64,000 bases of DNA from Lepidodermella squamata (taxonomy: Eukaryota > Animalia > Gastrotricha): assembly GCA_047495785.1 (NCBI GenBank), contig JBLDXI010000029.1, positions 2,666,001 to 2,730,000 on the forward strand, given 5' to 3'. Below are positions 12,520 through 27,942 of the stretch, piece by piece. A model generated the notes under the pieces. That model saw only the letters and a program-made list of their open reading frames with translations. It was not told where the DNA came from and searched no databases. The position numbers and the translations under genes were made by a program. Within the stretch, counting starts at the first letter, position 1, and each line of letters begins with the position of its first letter.

Positions 12520-15500
12520 TCACGCGACTGAAGGCTGAGGCTCCTGCGGGGGTGGGTCGCTGCCGCTGGCCGCCGAACCCGCCGCGCCGGCTGACGATGA
12601 GTTGTCGACCTGGGACGGGCCGGGTACGTTCGCCGTCGCGAAGTGCGGCCGGAAAACCATGGACGAAATGTGGAAAACAGGCCCGTTCGGCGGTTTCGAC
12701 GACGACGGCGCTGGGGTCATTACTTGCGGTGGGGTTTGCGACGGGGTGGCCATGGCTACTGCGGGCGAGGCAGAGGTGGGCGGCGGCTGCTGGTTGGATG
12801 GTGTTGTTGTCGAGGGCGTGGTGGTGGTGGGAGGGCGCGGGTGTGAGGGTTCGGGCAGGCGCAGGTGCGACAGGAACTCGGCCATGTCCGACGAGGTGAG
12901 CGGCACCATCGTCTGGTGCGGCGTGGGCGAGGCCGAGTTGTCGCCTATCGTAGGCGTACTCTGTTTGTTCCGCGGCTTGTTAGGTGTCTGGATAAGAGGA
13001 AAAAAATAAATTAGCATTTGAATAAAATTTTGGAATTAATTCTAGGGTGCCAACTTTCATACATAAATATGTATGAAATTTTTAACTTTCATACATATTT
13101 TTTTTCATTAAATTCAAGCTGAAAACATTAGGGAAATGCCAAAAATCGAGCTTCGTAGAAACCCGAAACTCGAAATTTACTAACCCTAACCTTAATCCTG
13201 AACCCCAACCAAACCCTAAACCTAACCCTAACCCGAACCCTGGCACCTAACCCTAACCCCTAACCCCAATTCCTAATCACAGTTTGGCTGAAAAACACGA
13301 TTTTATGAAAAAAAAAGTATGAAAGTTAATTTTGTCATACATAAATATGTATGAAAGTGCACTTCGTTAATTCTATTCAATTTAATTAAAATTTTAAAAT
13401 AATTTCAACCCAAATTTTAATTTCAAACTTAAATCATAACTTTGAATTAAAAAATCTCGAGTAACTTCCTGCTAATAGCAATTAAAAGCGGAGTTATTAG
13501 CAAATCTTCCTTAATTTCTCACGTCCGCAGAATGCGAGTTCTTGCATTAGTGAAAAGTTTTCCTGAGCAGCTACGAACGCCGTCGAAAAACCGAAATTTC
13601 GCTTTTCGCTAATTTCCCATGATTTTTATGTATTTCGGTTCAATTTCGGAACTCATTTGTTGTTTCTCCTTCACTGGGTGTACGGATACACAGCATACAA
13701 AATAGAATGAAATTTAAATTTTGAAGCTCTTCTTATTAAAAAAGCTCAAAATCGGAAAATAAAAAATCCACCTTAATATTGACTGAAGCGCAATGTCAAA
13801 ACTGAGTAAAATAACGCTTGTTTTCGCATCTTAAAAATACATAACCGCATAAGATAACAGCAATAAGGCGATGATGGCTTCTCGTTGACAATTTCTCGCT
13901 TACTGGTCGGGGAGGATTATTCTAAAAATCATGATAATCCATGAAAATCACCGAAAATGCTCGGCCAAATATCGAAATATGATGCTCAGCGATCCAGATT
14001 GAGCCAAAAAGAGCTACAATTTCTGTTGTTATCACTTATTTAATGTTGCATTTACGTTCAACTCTTGGATTCCAGCAAATTTTTCACTCTTGCAGAAATA
14101 ACGAATTTGACATAACACTCGAGGTAATTAGACAATTCTACGATATCTAGAAAAGTAAAAAGGTGCTTAACATTCGATATTGGATTGTCTCGAGGACCTC
14201 TAGCATCATCAAAAATATTCGAATTGAATTAAATTTCTGACTGAAATTGAAGGAAAAAAAATCGACTATTTGTGAAAAATCAACGGAAAATCGGGAATCG
14301 CCTAGCTGAATTTTTTCTCCGGATTTTCCTCGAGAAAATACCGATTTTCAACTGTAGTTTCCACGGTGTATGAATTTAGTTCTCCTATTTAGGCTATTAA
14401 AATAGGAAGTTATTCTACGAACTAGAAACAACATCCAGAAAAAAATTAAGGTGGACTTTTCATTTTCGAATAAAAATTTTCGTAATCAAAAAATGCAATT
14501 AAATTCCAATAACTTTCTTGAAATTTGAGTTCCTGGTTCAAAAAATCGCTCGCTAAAAATTTAAAAAATTGAATAATAAATTAATTACCCGTCGCTGGGG
14601 CGTTTTCTTCGCAGCTACATCCGGCGTCGCCGTGCCGCCGTGATTCGAGTCCTGGTTGTGCTGCCCGGCCAACTGCGGCGTCGACGACTGGCCGCGGTTC
14701 TTCCTCGCCGCCGCGCGCTCCGCTGTCACAGTCGCCGTCGCCATAATCGCCTTGAGCGTCTCCTCAACCGACGCAGGAACCGCCGTCAAATGATTCTTCG
14801 TCGTCTCAGGCGGCGGCGGTTGCTGTTGCTGCTGTTGCATTTGCGGGGACTGCGAGATATTTTGAGACTGTGGCAGGGGTGGGGGAGGAGGGGGAGGTAA
14901 ATTCTGTTGCTGCTGCTGTTGATGAAACCACGGATTTACAACATTCTGATTCGCGAATTGCCGCATCAAATCGCCGTTATTGTTGTTGTTCTGGCCATTG
15001 TTACTCGCCTGTTGCTGCTGCTGGGGTACAAATTGCTGCATCAACATTTGATTCGCGGCCTGGATCGCGCCTGGGTTCGAGCCGTAGTACGGCAGCAGCG
15101 CGGCTAGGGTCGAGTTGAAAATCGAAACAGCTTGTTGTTGCTGTTGCTCAGTGAATCGGCCGAAATTCGCGTTGTTGTTGTTGTTGTTGTTGTTGTTATT
15201 ATTGTTATTATTCGACGACCCGGTCGCGGTTTGGAATGGACCTAACGGGTACGAACTAACCACCTGTTGCTGCTGCTGCTGCTGCGAATTATTTGTCGCC
15301 AACATTTGTTGTGGCTGTTGTTGTTGAGGTTGCTGCTGAGGCTGTGTAATTTGCGGCTGTTGCGGGTTATTCGCGATTTCTTTCAGCGATTTGTTCCGGT
15401 TGACTATCCGCTTCGATTCGTTGATGAAATCCGAGGCGGTCGTGATGTTCGAGCTGGTTTTCGACGTTAACGTGTCGACTTGCTGCCGGAGACGGGCGTT

Positions 15501-18500
15501 GTTTTGCGCCGTTAGTTGGCTCAACTCTTCTGATATCGCCCGGTCTCGTTCCTTCAATTCGGCATTTTTTGCCCGAGCGGCTTCTAGACGAGCGGCCAAA
15601 ATCTAGAAAAAATAATATAAAAATTATGAATGAGACAAAGATTTTCCGGTTCTATATAATCGTTCTATATAATCGTTATAATATAATAATAATAATAATA
15701 ATAATAGTTTTATTTAGCCTCTCCTAGACTGCACGTCATTATACCGTTTCCGGTTTTGAAGAGGGCGAAGGCAGGCAAAGATTGATAATTAATCCTTACC
15801 CACCCCCACAGTTGAAGATTCTGCTTTTTCCGAAAAATTCATAATTATCAATCGAGTTAACAATCATGCGCCATTCATCTTTTTCAAAGGATGCGAGTTC
15901 AGCTAATTGTAAATCAGGAATAATTTTAGTTTCAAATTTATTTTCGCCGGGTTTTTTCTTATCACCTTTTTTCTTTGTGACCTTATCCTTTTTGTCTTTC
16001 TTAATGTTAGATTTCTTTTTCCGGCGTATTTCCTTAGTGAGTCCTACTTTAATCAAACTCCTATGCACTCCGTTTATCCACCTGGTCCGGGGTCTTCCTC
16101 TGGGTGCAAACCACCCGAACGGGGGCATCCAGGTATAAATTTTATTTATTAGACCTTTTTCATCGTAATCACGTGATCTAACAATGTGTCCTAAATATCT
16201 TAAGCGTTGTTTTTCGACTATGCGACTCACTTCAATGAGCCCTCCGCATAGAGCCAGCCTAATATCGATATTTGGAATGTAGTCCATTAGGTGGACACCT
16301 ACTATTGATCGAAGCCATCGATACTCTATTGTATTTAGCCTATTTTCTTGGGCTATCGAGATGTTCCAGGATTCACAGGCGTAAATGATGGTAGGTATTA
16401 TCACGCAAGTTAGGACCTTTAACTTTGTCGATATGGAAACCTGATTCTTATTGCACATAAACTTATTCATAGCCCCGAATACACTACCAGCCTTAGAGAT
16501 CCTATAATTTAATTCCTCGTCAATTTTGCCATCGCTGGTGATAATACTGCCTAGATATTTGAATTTGGTAACTTTTTCAAGTTTTTTACCATTTAGTTCT
16601 AATTCGTATTTGCAGGTTGCTGTCTCGTCCTTAGCGATAATCATATATTGGGTTTTAGCAACGTTAATTTTAAGTCCTAATTCGGTGCATGCTAAGTCAA
16701 ATATTTTTAGCAACCGTGAGATTTCGTCATGATTCATGCCCAATAGAGTTCCATCGTCCGCGAATGCAAGTAAATTCAGAAAATCCTCGTCACTAATTGG
16801 AAAACCGACTTTTTCCTCCGATAATTGTTCGCAGATTTTGTTAAAAGTTGCAATAAATAATAAAGGTGACAGCGGACATCCTTGCCTAAGACCCCTAGTT
16901 ACATAGAAAAAATCTGAAAGTTCAGAGTCAACCTTAACTGCTACTTTGTTCACCTTATAAAGACTTTGTATAGCTTCAATTAGACTGGAATCCACACCCA
17001 TGTTTTTGAGGGCTGTCCAGACCTTTTCTCTGTCGACCAGATCATAGGCTTTTTCGAGGTCGATAAAAACTAAATGCAATTCTTTTTTGAAGAATATTAT
17101 TTTTTCTATAATTTGTCGAAGTACAAATATGCAGTCTCTAGTGCCCTTTAGAGGTTGAAAACCGAATTGTAGTTTCGAGATTTTTGATCCTATCAATGCT
17201 CTCAATTTTCTTTCCAGAATAATGGCATAAAGTTTACCTACTACACTTAGTAGACTAATACCTCGGTAATTTTGACACTTACATTTTTCGCCCTTATTTT
17301 TGTAAATTGGGGTAATTATGGCAGTTGACCATTCCTCAGGGACCATTTTTTCGCTCCAGGCTTGGTTCAGAATTTTGCTGAGCCATTTAATATTGGTTTC
17401 ACTTAGGGCTTTAATCATTTCAGGTCGGATTTCGTCGATCCCCGGGGCCTTCCCATTTTTCATGTGGTCAATAGCGTTCTTAATTTCGGTTAGCGTAATT
17501 TCAGTCAAGCTCGGGTTTTCAGGGGGAATATTTGGTTCAGGGTTATCAGGCTCATTTTCAAGCCCTTGTAAAAGTTCCATAAAATAGTTTTTCATTACGT
17601 CCAAAATTTCGTCGATACCGTTGGTAAGGGAGCCGTCCTCTTTTTCAAGCGGGTGGGCTTCACTTTTTTCCTTATTTTCTCCCCTCAGCCTTTTGATTTC
17701 CAACCAGAATTTTTTGATATTTTCATAGTCCAACGGATTTTCTATCAGTTTGTCTAATTCAGAAAATTCAGATTGATCCTTCAGTACCTTTAAACGTTCA
17801 AGGGCATGATTTTTTTCATTTCTAGCAATGGTATAATGTTCTCGGTCTATGCGGCCCTTGGTATAATTTTTGAAATTTTCTTTACCTTTTTGGATGATTT
17901 GGTTTGCTAATGGGGTCCACCAGGCGGGTTTTTCACTTACGGTACCAATTTTTCGTTCCCCACAGGTGGTTCTAGCGGCATCTAGCAGGTTAGATTTAGT
18001 GTTTACCCAGGTATCATCTATTGATTTGGGCTTATTTTCACTGCTCGAGGCTATCGTTGTCAAATTATTGTTAAACTTTTCACTGAATTCCTCTTTCCTC
18101 AGCAGTTGATGTTTTATAGATTTTTTTATTTCAACTCGTTTTCTATTTAGATTTGGGCAATTTATAACACCTCGAACGAGCCTATGATCTGAGTCTAGGA
18201 TGGGATTTTCTTGTATGTCACAATTCAGAAACTTGTTTTTATCCTCTTTATCTACCAAAATGTAGTCTAAAAAAGACCTACGCTCTGTCTTGCCGCTGCC
18301 CCTTTGCCAGGTGTAACCAATATTTGGAAAAAATGTGTTGACAAAGCATAGATTATTGCTATTTGCAAATTCCAGCCATAAATTGCCTTTATCGTTTCCG
18401 ATAATGTCGCTGTAAGGGCCTACAGATTTGGAATTTTTCGCGCTCAAAATTCGGCCGTTCAAATCACCCATTATAATAGTAGTTCCTTTTTTCGAGTTTA

Positions 18501-21500
18501 AACGCGAGTATTCTTGTTGCAGGACTTGGAGGAAAGCGTCTAGAGATTTAGTACAACTATTTGCTGGTGCGTAAACAGATATTATATTATACATATCGCG
18601 ATTTACTTTTAGTCGAGCCGATATAATGCGTTCATTGATGTTTTTAACCTCGATTACAAGTACGTGTTTACGCCGACGCACATAAATGCCTGTTCCTGAT
18701 TGTTATAATTATAAGTTATAATCGTTAACCAAATTTAGCCGCCATAATATTTTTTGAATTTTTCAAGGTTTTTAGAATAGGCAATCTTAATTGAGATTTA
18801 ACGGCAATAAAATAAGGTAAAAATTACATTTTTATAAATAAGTGATTAATTTTGAATTTTAATTAAATATTGGAAAATTATGGCACCTTCTAAAATTTAA
18901 AAATTGAGAGCGCATTCAGATTGAGGCCGAAAGAGATTTTCCGAAAAACGATCAAAACTCAGCAGACTTGAATTTTGACCAACTAATTCGCCTAAAATTG
19001 CACTTTTCAAAATTTATAAAAATTCAAAAAATTCAAATAAAATAGAATGTTTTTCTATGAAAAAACTAGAAAAACCTTGAGATTACTGCATAATCCCTAT
19101 TTAGTGAAATTATTCGTAAACTGTCCAATTTTTTTGGATAGAAATTACAGTGAAAGTTGTCTAAACCGGACTAGGGTCGTGCCAGGTAAAATCGTCCGGT
19201 TTAGAGAAAGTCCGAATTATTTTAAACCGGACTGAGTCCGGTATAGGAAGTACCACGTGAAATTCATGGAATTTTCAAGTTTTACAAGCTAAGTAATAGC
19301 TTTTGAGTACGGAATCGACAATTTTAATATAAATAATCAACATATTCAGCTATTTTCAGCTATATTCGCAATAATTTGGAAGTTAAATGTTTTTCGAAAT
19401 TTTGAGGCTACTCTTGTCAGGCAGGGGCTGGCACTTTCTTCAAAATTATATAGAAAATTGGACTTTTTATTGCATAAACCGGACTTCGAGCCCCAAATCC
19501 GTCCGGTTTATACACCAGTCCGGTTTAGAGAGTCCGGTTTAGACAATAAAATTATAATGTAAAGTCCACACTTTCGGATCGAGCCACCCGAAATCGTCCG
19601 GTTTAGACCGGTCCGGTTTAAACAACTTTCACTGTATATTTCTTTTCAGAAATTTTTCTCGCTATTTTCGAAATTTGACCGTTTTTTTACAAATTTAGAC
19701 TAAAATAACGCTTAAAATGATTGAAAAATTGAATTATGTTTTCAATAAAATTATGACAAGCCGAAAATCCTGAAATTTAGAAGCAGAAGGGTTTCTAGTT
19801 TCATTAAAATGAAAAAATTCGAATCGACCCCCAAATTTTTTTTACGAAAATAGCCGACAATACTGCGAATTATGACGCTGCGCTTCATTTCTCTTTCTAT
19901 AGAGCGACAATCCTTATACAAAAATGTTATACAATTGTCCAATTAATTTCACGCATAACGGAGCTATTGAATTCTCGATCGTTGATGAATAACGTGAGAA
20001 AATTAAGAGTGAGTCATTAAACGAAATCTCTCCATTCATTGAAAGCAGTGACCTAAAATATAACTTAACGACACGCAATATTATGAATTAGTCTACACAG
20101 GAATTTTACCAAAAATATCAAAAATTAATAGTAATTTAAATTGGAAAAAATCCTAAAAATCCTAAAATTAATTTGAACGGCTATTATTATTAATAATTTA
20201 TTGAAAAAATAAAATTTCCGTAAAAATAATAAAATTCATTAAAAATCTAGAAAAAGAGAAAATGCTTCATTTTGGTAGGAAATTTACCTGTTTTTGCCCG
20301 GCCATAGTCTGATGTTCGATGAACGACAAAACCTGCGACTTTATGCGGTTGAAAAACGCATCGACTCGGCCCTCGCGACTCGCCGGATCGACCGCCGTCG
20401 AAGACACCGACGCCTTGTACAACAAATCCAACCCGGCCGGCATCGTTTTCGCCGCCTTCTTCGCATGCGGCTCGTCCTCCTTATCGGCGCCGCGATGGTG
20501 GTGATGATGATGATGGTGCTCCTTCTCACGTTTCCGCCGCGTTTTCTCCGCAACAACCAACTCCTCCGCGATTTTTGAGGATTTCTTAACGATTGGCGTC
20601 GAACCGAGCCGCGGGATCTTCGCAGGCCGGCCGCGGCCTCGATGCACGACTGGCTGGGCGGCCGCTGGTTGAGGTGGATTTTCGACGACCGCCTTCTTCT
20701 CGTGGCCATTCGCCGTAGAAACACTCGGCACTTCGTCCTTTTCGGCCGATTTCGTGCTGACGTGGCTCTTACCAGACGCCATAGAGTCCTCGCTGTTGAT
20801 AGATGAAGAAGAGCTAGGTACCGAGTTGCCTTGCCGTTCCCGCCTCGCTTTTTTCTTCTCGAAATACTCTTCTAGCATAGTGCGGTCGAGCGTGTGCAGG
20901 TAGAACGAGAAGTCTCGACCCGTCCACGACACGGCCTGCGTGTTCGGCGAGATCGACAGTTCCTCAACTCGCAGTATAGCGCTTATATCCGAGAGGTTAC
21001 GCTCGGTTATCTCAAACTTCATCGGACACAGCGACAGCGAGCACACTATTTTAGCGCCTTGCTTCATGTTCTGTAGCCGCTGTTTCAACTCGTGGTTAAC
21101 CTGCGGCCCGAACGCAAAGTTATTCGCGAAGACGACGTCCGCGTCGTTGATGACGTCGGCCCAGCGCTGCGTTAGGAAGTCCTCCTTAACGAGCTGAAAC
21201 TCAGAGTACGACTTGCCGTACCACGCCATCCAAAACCGGAATTGCGCGTCCATCAGTTTAGCGTACGCGCTAGGCAAGTCGGCCCGCTCAACGCCGTAGG
21301 CTATGCGCAGATTAGGCACCATCGCCGCGACTTGCAGCACAACTTGGCCCACCCCGGAGCCGAGATCGATAAACGTGCCGTTTTCGGGCCATTTAATCTT
21401 CGAGACCATGCGTTCAATCAGCTCAAACGACGTCTCGCCGTACGTCTCCGGCGAGAATGGCGGGTATTGATTGAGTTTTTCCGGGTCGCTAACCGCCCGG

Positions 21501-21899
21501 TAGTAACATTGTAGTAAGATGTGTTTCAACAGAGGGTGGGACGGTCGATGCCGCTCGAGGTATTTTTTCGAGCAACTCGTGCCCTTCCACATGCGTTGAA
21601 TTTCGGTGACGGCGCGGTTGAATCGGTCGCATGATTCCCGCACGCTGTCGTAACTCGAAGGGTCGACTTTAGCGAGAATGTTCTGAACTGGGTATTTCAG
21701 CTCAGGAATATCCTCGCAAACGAAACTGAATGTAAGCCTCAGTTCTTCAAAGCCCTCTCTTCCGTCCTAAAAATAAAATGAAACATAAAAAATATTAGCT
21801 TTAAAATGCAATATGACTTACGAATGAGTTCAAAGGCCAGGTGAACACGGCTGGCTCAGCGCCGACAGGGCTCGATAGCCGGATTTCGCGCCTTGCCAT
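12520..21899 (-). CDS. DOT1L: Histone H3K79 methyltransferase DOT1L (exons 21899-21822, 21766-20288, 15602-14589, 12987-12520)
   Basis: N-terminus IRLSSPVGAEPAVFTWP; catalytic motifs PFSPETYGETS, FIDLGSGVGQVVLQVAA and FANNFAFGP. Downstream coiled-coil and Q/N-rich and Pro-rich exons join by phase-0 GT-AG introns. The two 3' exons are inferred from splice phase. Confidence 0.93.
13044..13366. mobile_element. Non-autonomous DNA element with internal telomere-like (CCCTAA)n tract
   Basis: Imperfect TIRs containing ACTTTCATACAT..ATGTATGA, an 8-bp TSD TTAATTCT (13036-13043 and 13367-13374), and degenerate AACCCT repeats at 13180-13275. Confidence 0.75.
15170..15210 (-). repeat. (AAC/AAT)n microsatellite encoding poly-Asn in the DOT1L Q/N-rich exon
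   Basis: TTG/TTA triplet run on the + strand; translates to an Asn run flanked by poly-Gln tracts. Confidence 0.9.
15680..18700 (-). mobile_element. RTE-clade LINE, 5'-truncated within the AP endonuclease (ORF 18681-15796)
   Basis: EN motifs ISVYAP, MGDLN, LDYIL and SDHRLV; RT motifs NYRGISLLS, FIDLEKAYD, GLRQGCPLSP, FADD and YLGS; RTE-type C-terminus RGRPRTRW. Short 3' UTR with (TAT)n tail. TATAATCGTTA occurs on both flanks as a possible TSD. Confidence 0.95.
19148..19634. mobile_element. Tc1/mariner-pogo type MITE
   Basis: TIRs CAGTGAAAGTTGT(C/T)TAAACCGGAC at both ends, TA flanks, and internal repeats of TCCGGTTTA. Confidence 0.9.
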
Positions 21900-22571
21900 C
21901 AGCTGTTCAGCAGGCGGTAGTAATCGGTGGTATTACCATTGCGGTCATAAATTTTGAGGAATAAAGAGCGCGTGGCTCAATTAAAAATACTAAAATCTGA
22001 GAAATAAATGTACAATCATAGAAATTGCGGCAGTATGAAAGTTTATAAGTCAATATAATTTTAATAATTACTTAGCAGTTAAAAATAAGTGCAATGGAGA
22101 ACGGCTTAGTGCCAACCAAGCCTATATTAAATGGATAAGTTATATTTCGCCGAAAGAAAATTATCTCGTAATTGTCGTCACCAACTAGCTGTCATAGGAA
22201 GGTCCAGTCGACACACAATAAAATGGGAAGATAAATAAAATAACTCATGACCCTTACATCTCCCCGCCAGCTGGCTGAAAGGTGAAAGGAGGGCAAGCTA
22301 GCGTTCGAAAATTACATTTATGTGATTATTGTAGTGTCCGACTGTTGCATGATAAGTAGACTAGATTTAAGATTTAAGCCTACAAATCTCTTCAGGAGTC
22401 CTTCTTAGTGCTAATACAATAAGTAAGTCCGAAGCTATCTCAGTTTGAAGCTGTACTTAATTCGATCTAACCGTTAATATTGGAGGAAGTTATTATTGGA
22501 AGTTTTTAGCCGCAAGAAATAAAAACGGCTTATTACAGCCCTCGAGCGAGGCGCGAAGTACCGGTAGCTCC

Positions 22572-22586
22572 GTGGCCCATGGCAAC
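22572..22586. promoter_or_regulatory. Candidate RFX X-box in the divergent DOT1L/DDX41 interval
   Basis: GTGGCC-CAT-GGCAAC fits GTNRCC-N(0-3)-RGYAAC. This is a motif match only. Confidence 0.35.
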
Positions 22587-23944
22587 GATTCAAAGTTTAA
22601 AGCGGATGCATTATAACGCATGAAACGCATGACTTTTCTCAAATGAGTTCTCAAGTGTGTTCAAATGTTAGTCAACAAACATCTCGATAAAATCTGCTTC
22701 GAATTAAATCCCGCTGGTAAGAGAAGCTTTTGATTTCAAGAAGGTCTTCTCAGGTGTAGTGCTACTTAATCTAAACCCCACCAAAAGCAAATTACTCTCA
22801 ATCAAGAGCTTAATCGACGACCATCAATTTACAATTTACCAAAACAGTTCAACTCGCCTATGCATTTCAGAAAAGCGAAGAATGAAGCCATAAATGTCTG
22901 GCTCCCTGGATCATGCTGCTTTTAATTTCTCATTTTCATGGGAAAGCAGACATCTGCTCAAGGCTCAACGACACAAAGCAGATGCACTCTCCGCTCAACG
23001 AAAAAGTGACAGTTTTATGCGTAATTTCGACCGCGAAAATCAGCCTCAAAATCAATAAATTGTGAGCAAAAGTAGCTCAGTGTAACGGCAACAGCATAGC
23101 TATCTCATTTTGCGAAACAAACCTAGGCTAGCCGGCTACGCAACGCTCAAAGAGGCGTTTTTTGGCGCTGTTTTCAAAGTTTTGGCTCGCGTTCGGTGCT
23201 TGGCGTTGTTTGAATTTTTAGATTCCCAATTTAAATGACCTCGACGTATTTTCAAAATTTTATAAGAAAAAATCAAATTTCTCTTATTTTGCGTATTATT
23301 ATTTTGCAGCTATAATATTTTGAAATTCTTGATGATTTATAAAGGGCTACGTTTTGCCGGCAAATGGGTGTTTACTTGGTCAGCTGTCCAGATTGAGGTT
23401 GTAAAACCGCTGTGAAGAGAAGCGTCGGCTGTCGAAGGTCGAAGGTTAACCGAAAGCCGAAAGCCGAAAGCCGAAAGGATGGAGGTTGTTGGTAGGTCAA
23501 GCTCACAAATCCAATATATTTTCCGTCCCTCACCGATCTGCGTTTAAAAGAAGAACGAATTGTCGAATGCTCTATGCTCTCAATGGATGGCTTTCGAACA
23601 TTCTAGATTCGAAGGAATATAGAAACATGTCCAAATTCCCAATTATTTTCTTAGAGTGCCTTGATCGCCGATTCGCTTGGAAAATTTAACTGTTCTTCAT
23701 TGTTTACATCCCGATAGGTAACAATAGCCTGTGGCCAGCGCAACAATTGTTTCAAGAGATCATCGCATTTGTTACCGTGGCACTTCTCACGTGCAACGAA
23801 TTTGATATCTCATTCGACATCTATTATTTACTCTTTCTTCCAGCGATCTCGCTGGACCTGTTCTTTTGCTCATTGCTCATCACTCGAGTTGAAAATCATT
23901 TTAATCCATTTAGGTTCTTTTTACTTACCAAGCATCAAGCGTAG

Positions 23945-26005
<2,061 letters not shown>

Positions 26006-26165
26006 AGCTTTCAGACGACTCGAATTTCTCGGTCAATTATAAGCTTTTTGTTTCAATTTTCACATTTTCTGGCTTGTATAAAAATTACGAATAATTCTGA
26101 AAATTTGCATATTTTTTATTAAATTCCGCCTTAATTTTTTGTTATAGTTGTTGTTATTGATTAAC

Positions 26166-27791
26166 ATGTCAGAACAACGCTTTTTCGCTAATAAATTCGC
26201 GGATTTAACGCCTGGAGACACGGCTAAAGTTGATTTCGATTTGTTAAAATCGCATCTCGATCGATTGCTGTTCGAAATTGACGACGCGATTGAAAGTGGC
26301 GATTTCGATACGAATGACTCTTCAGTCTATACTGGCCTTGCTGGAGTTGCCTATCTGCATTATTTCTTGTGGAAAGTCACGAAAAACAAGGCGAATTTGG
26401 AGAAAGCTCGGCAACTGATCAAAAAATGCGCTCTAAAAGGTGAGATTTATTTTTGAGTCAATTCAACGCTGTTTTTTGATTGAGGAATTTTTTACATTAA
26501 TGTACGTCCTTTGTACAATTTTTATTCACAGTCTCAATGGGTGCTCTCTGGTGTAAGCTTTAAACCTGCATATTGTATCAGCTAGCTGTTGTGAGGGCTA
26601 GTACCAGGGATAGTAGAAATGTCTTGGGCAGTACCATTTTCAACCTCTGAAAATAAGTTGAAAGAAAACGAATGAGAAATTCTGCGAAAATTTGGTTTTT
26701 ATTTTATTGAAAAATATGAGGTTAATTCAGTAAATTTATGAAGTCCTCAGTTTTGGGTCTAGTGCTAAACTCCATTTTTAGGTATTGTAATGAAAAATAA
26801 TAGGATCTGTGAACTGACGGGTTGAAAATTCGTTATTAAAATTTTCATTTCCCATTTTTTCATCATTTTAGGTAAACGCATAACTTTTTTGTGCGGCGAT
26901 GCTGGCATTTTGGCCCTCGATGCAGTAATTTCTAAACAAGCCGGCCACCATCACGATAAATGCGTCCAAAACCTGAAAAACCTACTAAAAACAGCTCTGA
27001 ATGACGAAAACGACGAGTTGCTGTACGGCAGAAGCGGCTATCTATACGCGCTGCTATTCGTTCAAAACGAACTCGCCTCATCCGACCCGATTTTCGCCGA
27101 AGAAATCGAGCAAATCTGCGCGAAAATTCTTGAAAACGGCCGAAAATGCGCGGAAACTCTGAAAAATGGCCCGCCGCTCATGTGGCAATGGCATGATAAA
27201 ATGTACCTAGGAGCTGCTCATGGTGTCTGCGGGATCCTCCACACCCTTCTTTTGGCTAAACCATATTCGAATAGCGTTTTGAAATCGTTTGACAGCGAAA
27301 TCAAACCGACTTTAACTTGGCTATTGAATCAACGTTTCGAGTCTGGAAATTTGAATTCGTCACTCGGCTCGCAATCTGGGGATAAATTGGTTCAATTTTG
27401 CCATGGAGCGCCTGGTCTAGCCTTCGTTCTATTCAAATATTGCGAAATTTCGGGGGATAAAGGCGAATTTTTTGAGGCGGCTATCAAATCTGTTGATGTG
27501 ATTTGGCAGCGGGGTTTGCTGCGAAAAGGTTTCGGCCTCTGCCACGGAGCTGCTGGTAATGCTTATGCCTTTGTTTCGGCCTATCGAGCGACAAATGACG
27601 AGCGTTACTTGCATCGCTGGGCTGTTTTTGCGACGGAATTTTGCGCGAAACCCGACAAGTGGAAAATTGAAAAGCAGCCCGATCGGCCGTGGTCGCTGTT
27701 TGAAGGCGCCGCTGGTACGGCGTGGTTTATCGCGGATTTGTGCAACAATTTGAAAGAAGCGTCTTTCCCGGCTTTTGAACTCATCGCTTGA
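26166..27791 (+). CDS. LANCL: LanC-like protein (LANCL1/2 family; exons 26166-26439, 26872-27791)
   Basis: SVYTG, TFLCGDAG, ELLYGRSGY, YLGAAHG, VQFCHGAPG, GLCHG and PDRPWSLFEG motifs; C-terminal FPAFEL. Confidence 0.95.
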
Positions 27792-27942
27792 AAAAGTCCA
27801 ACTTAATAACCCGATTTTTTTTCTACAATTTTTCTAACTATTTTTCCCTTGATAATTCCTACTTGCAATCATTTTTTCGATTTTTTGTTTATTTAAATAG
27901 TTGATTTTTTTGTGTTAAATCGAATTATTTAATTATCGAAAA

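Noticed and set aside
13180-13275. True telomere or chromosome fusion site
   Set aside because: The repeats are short, degenerate, single-orientation and enclosed by TIRs with a TSD.
12552-15606. Plus-strand Gly/Cys/Leu-rich ORFs
   Set aside because: Antisense shadows of low-complexity DOT1L exons.
26166-27791. LanC as evidence of a lanthipeptide biosynthetic cluster or bacterial origin
   Set aside because: It is an intron-containing ordinary eukaryotic LANCL; no LanB/LanM or precursor peptide is nearby.
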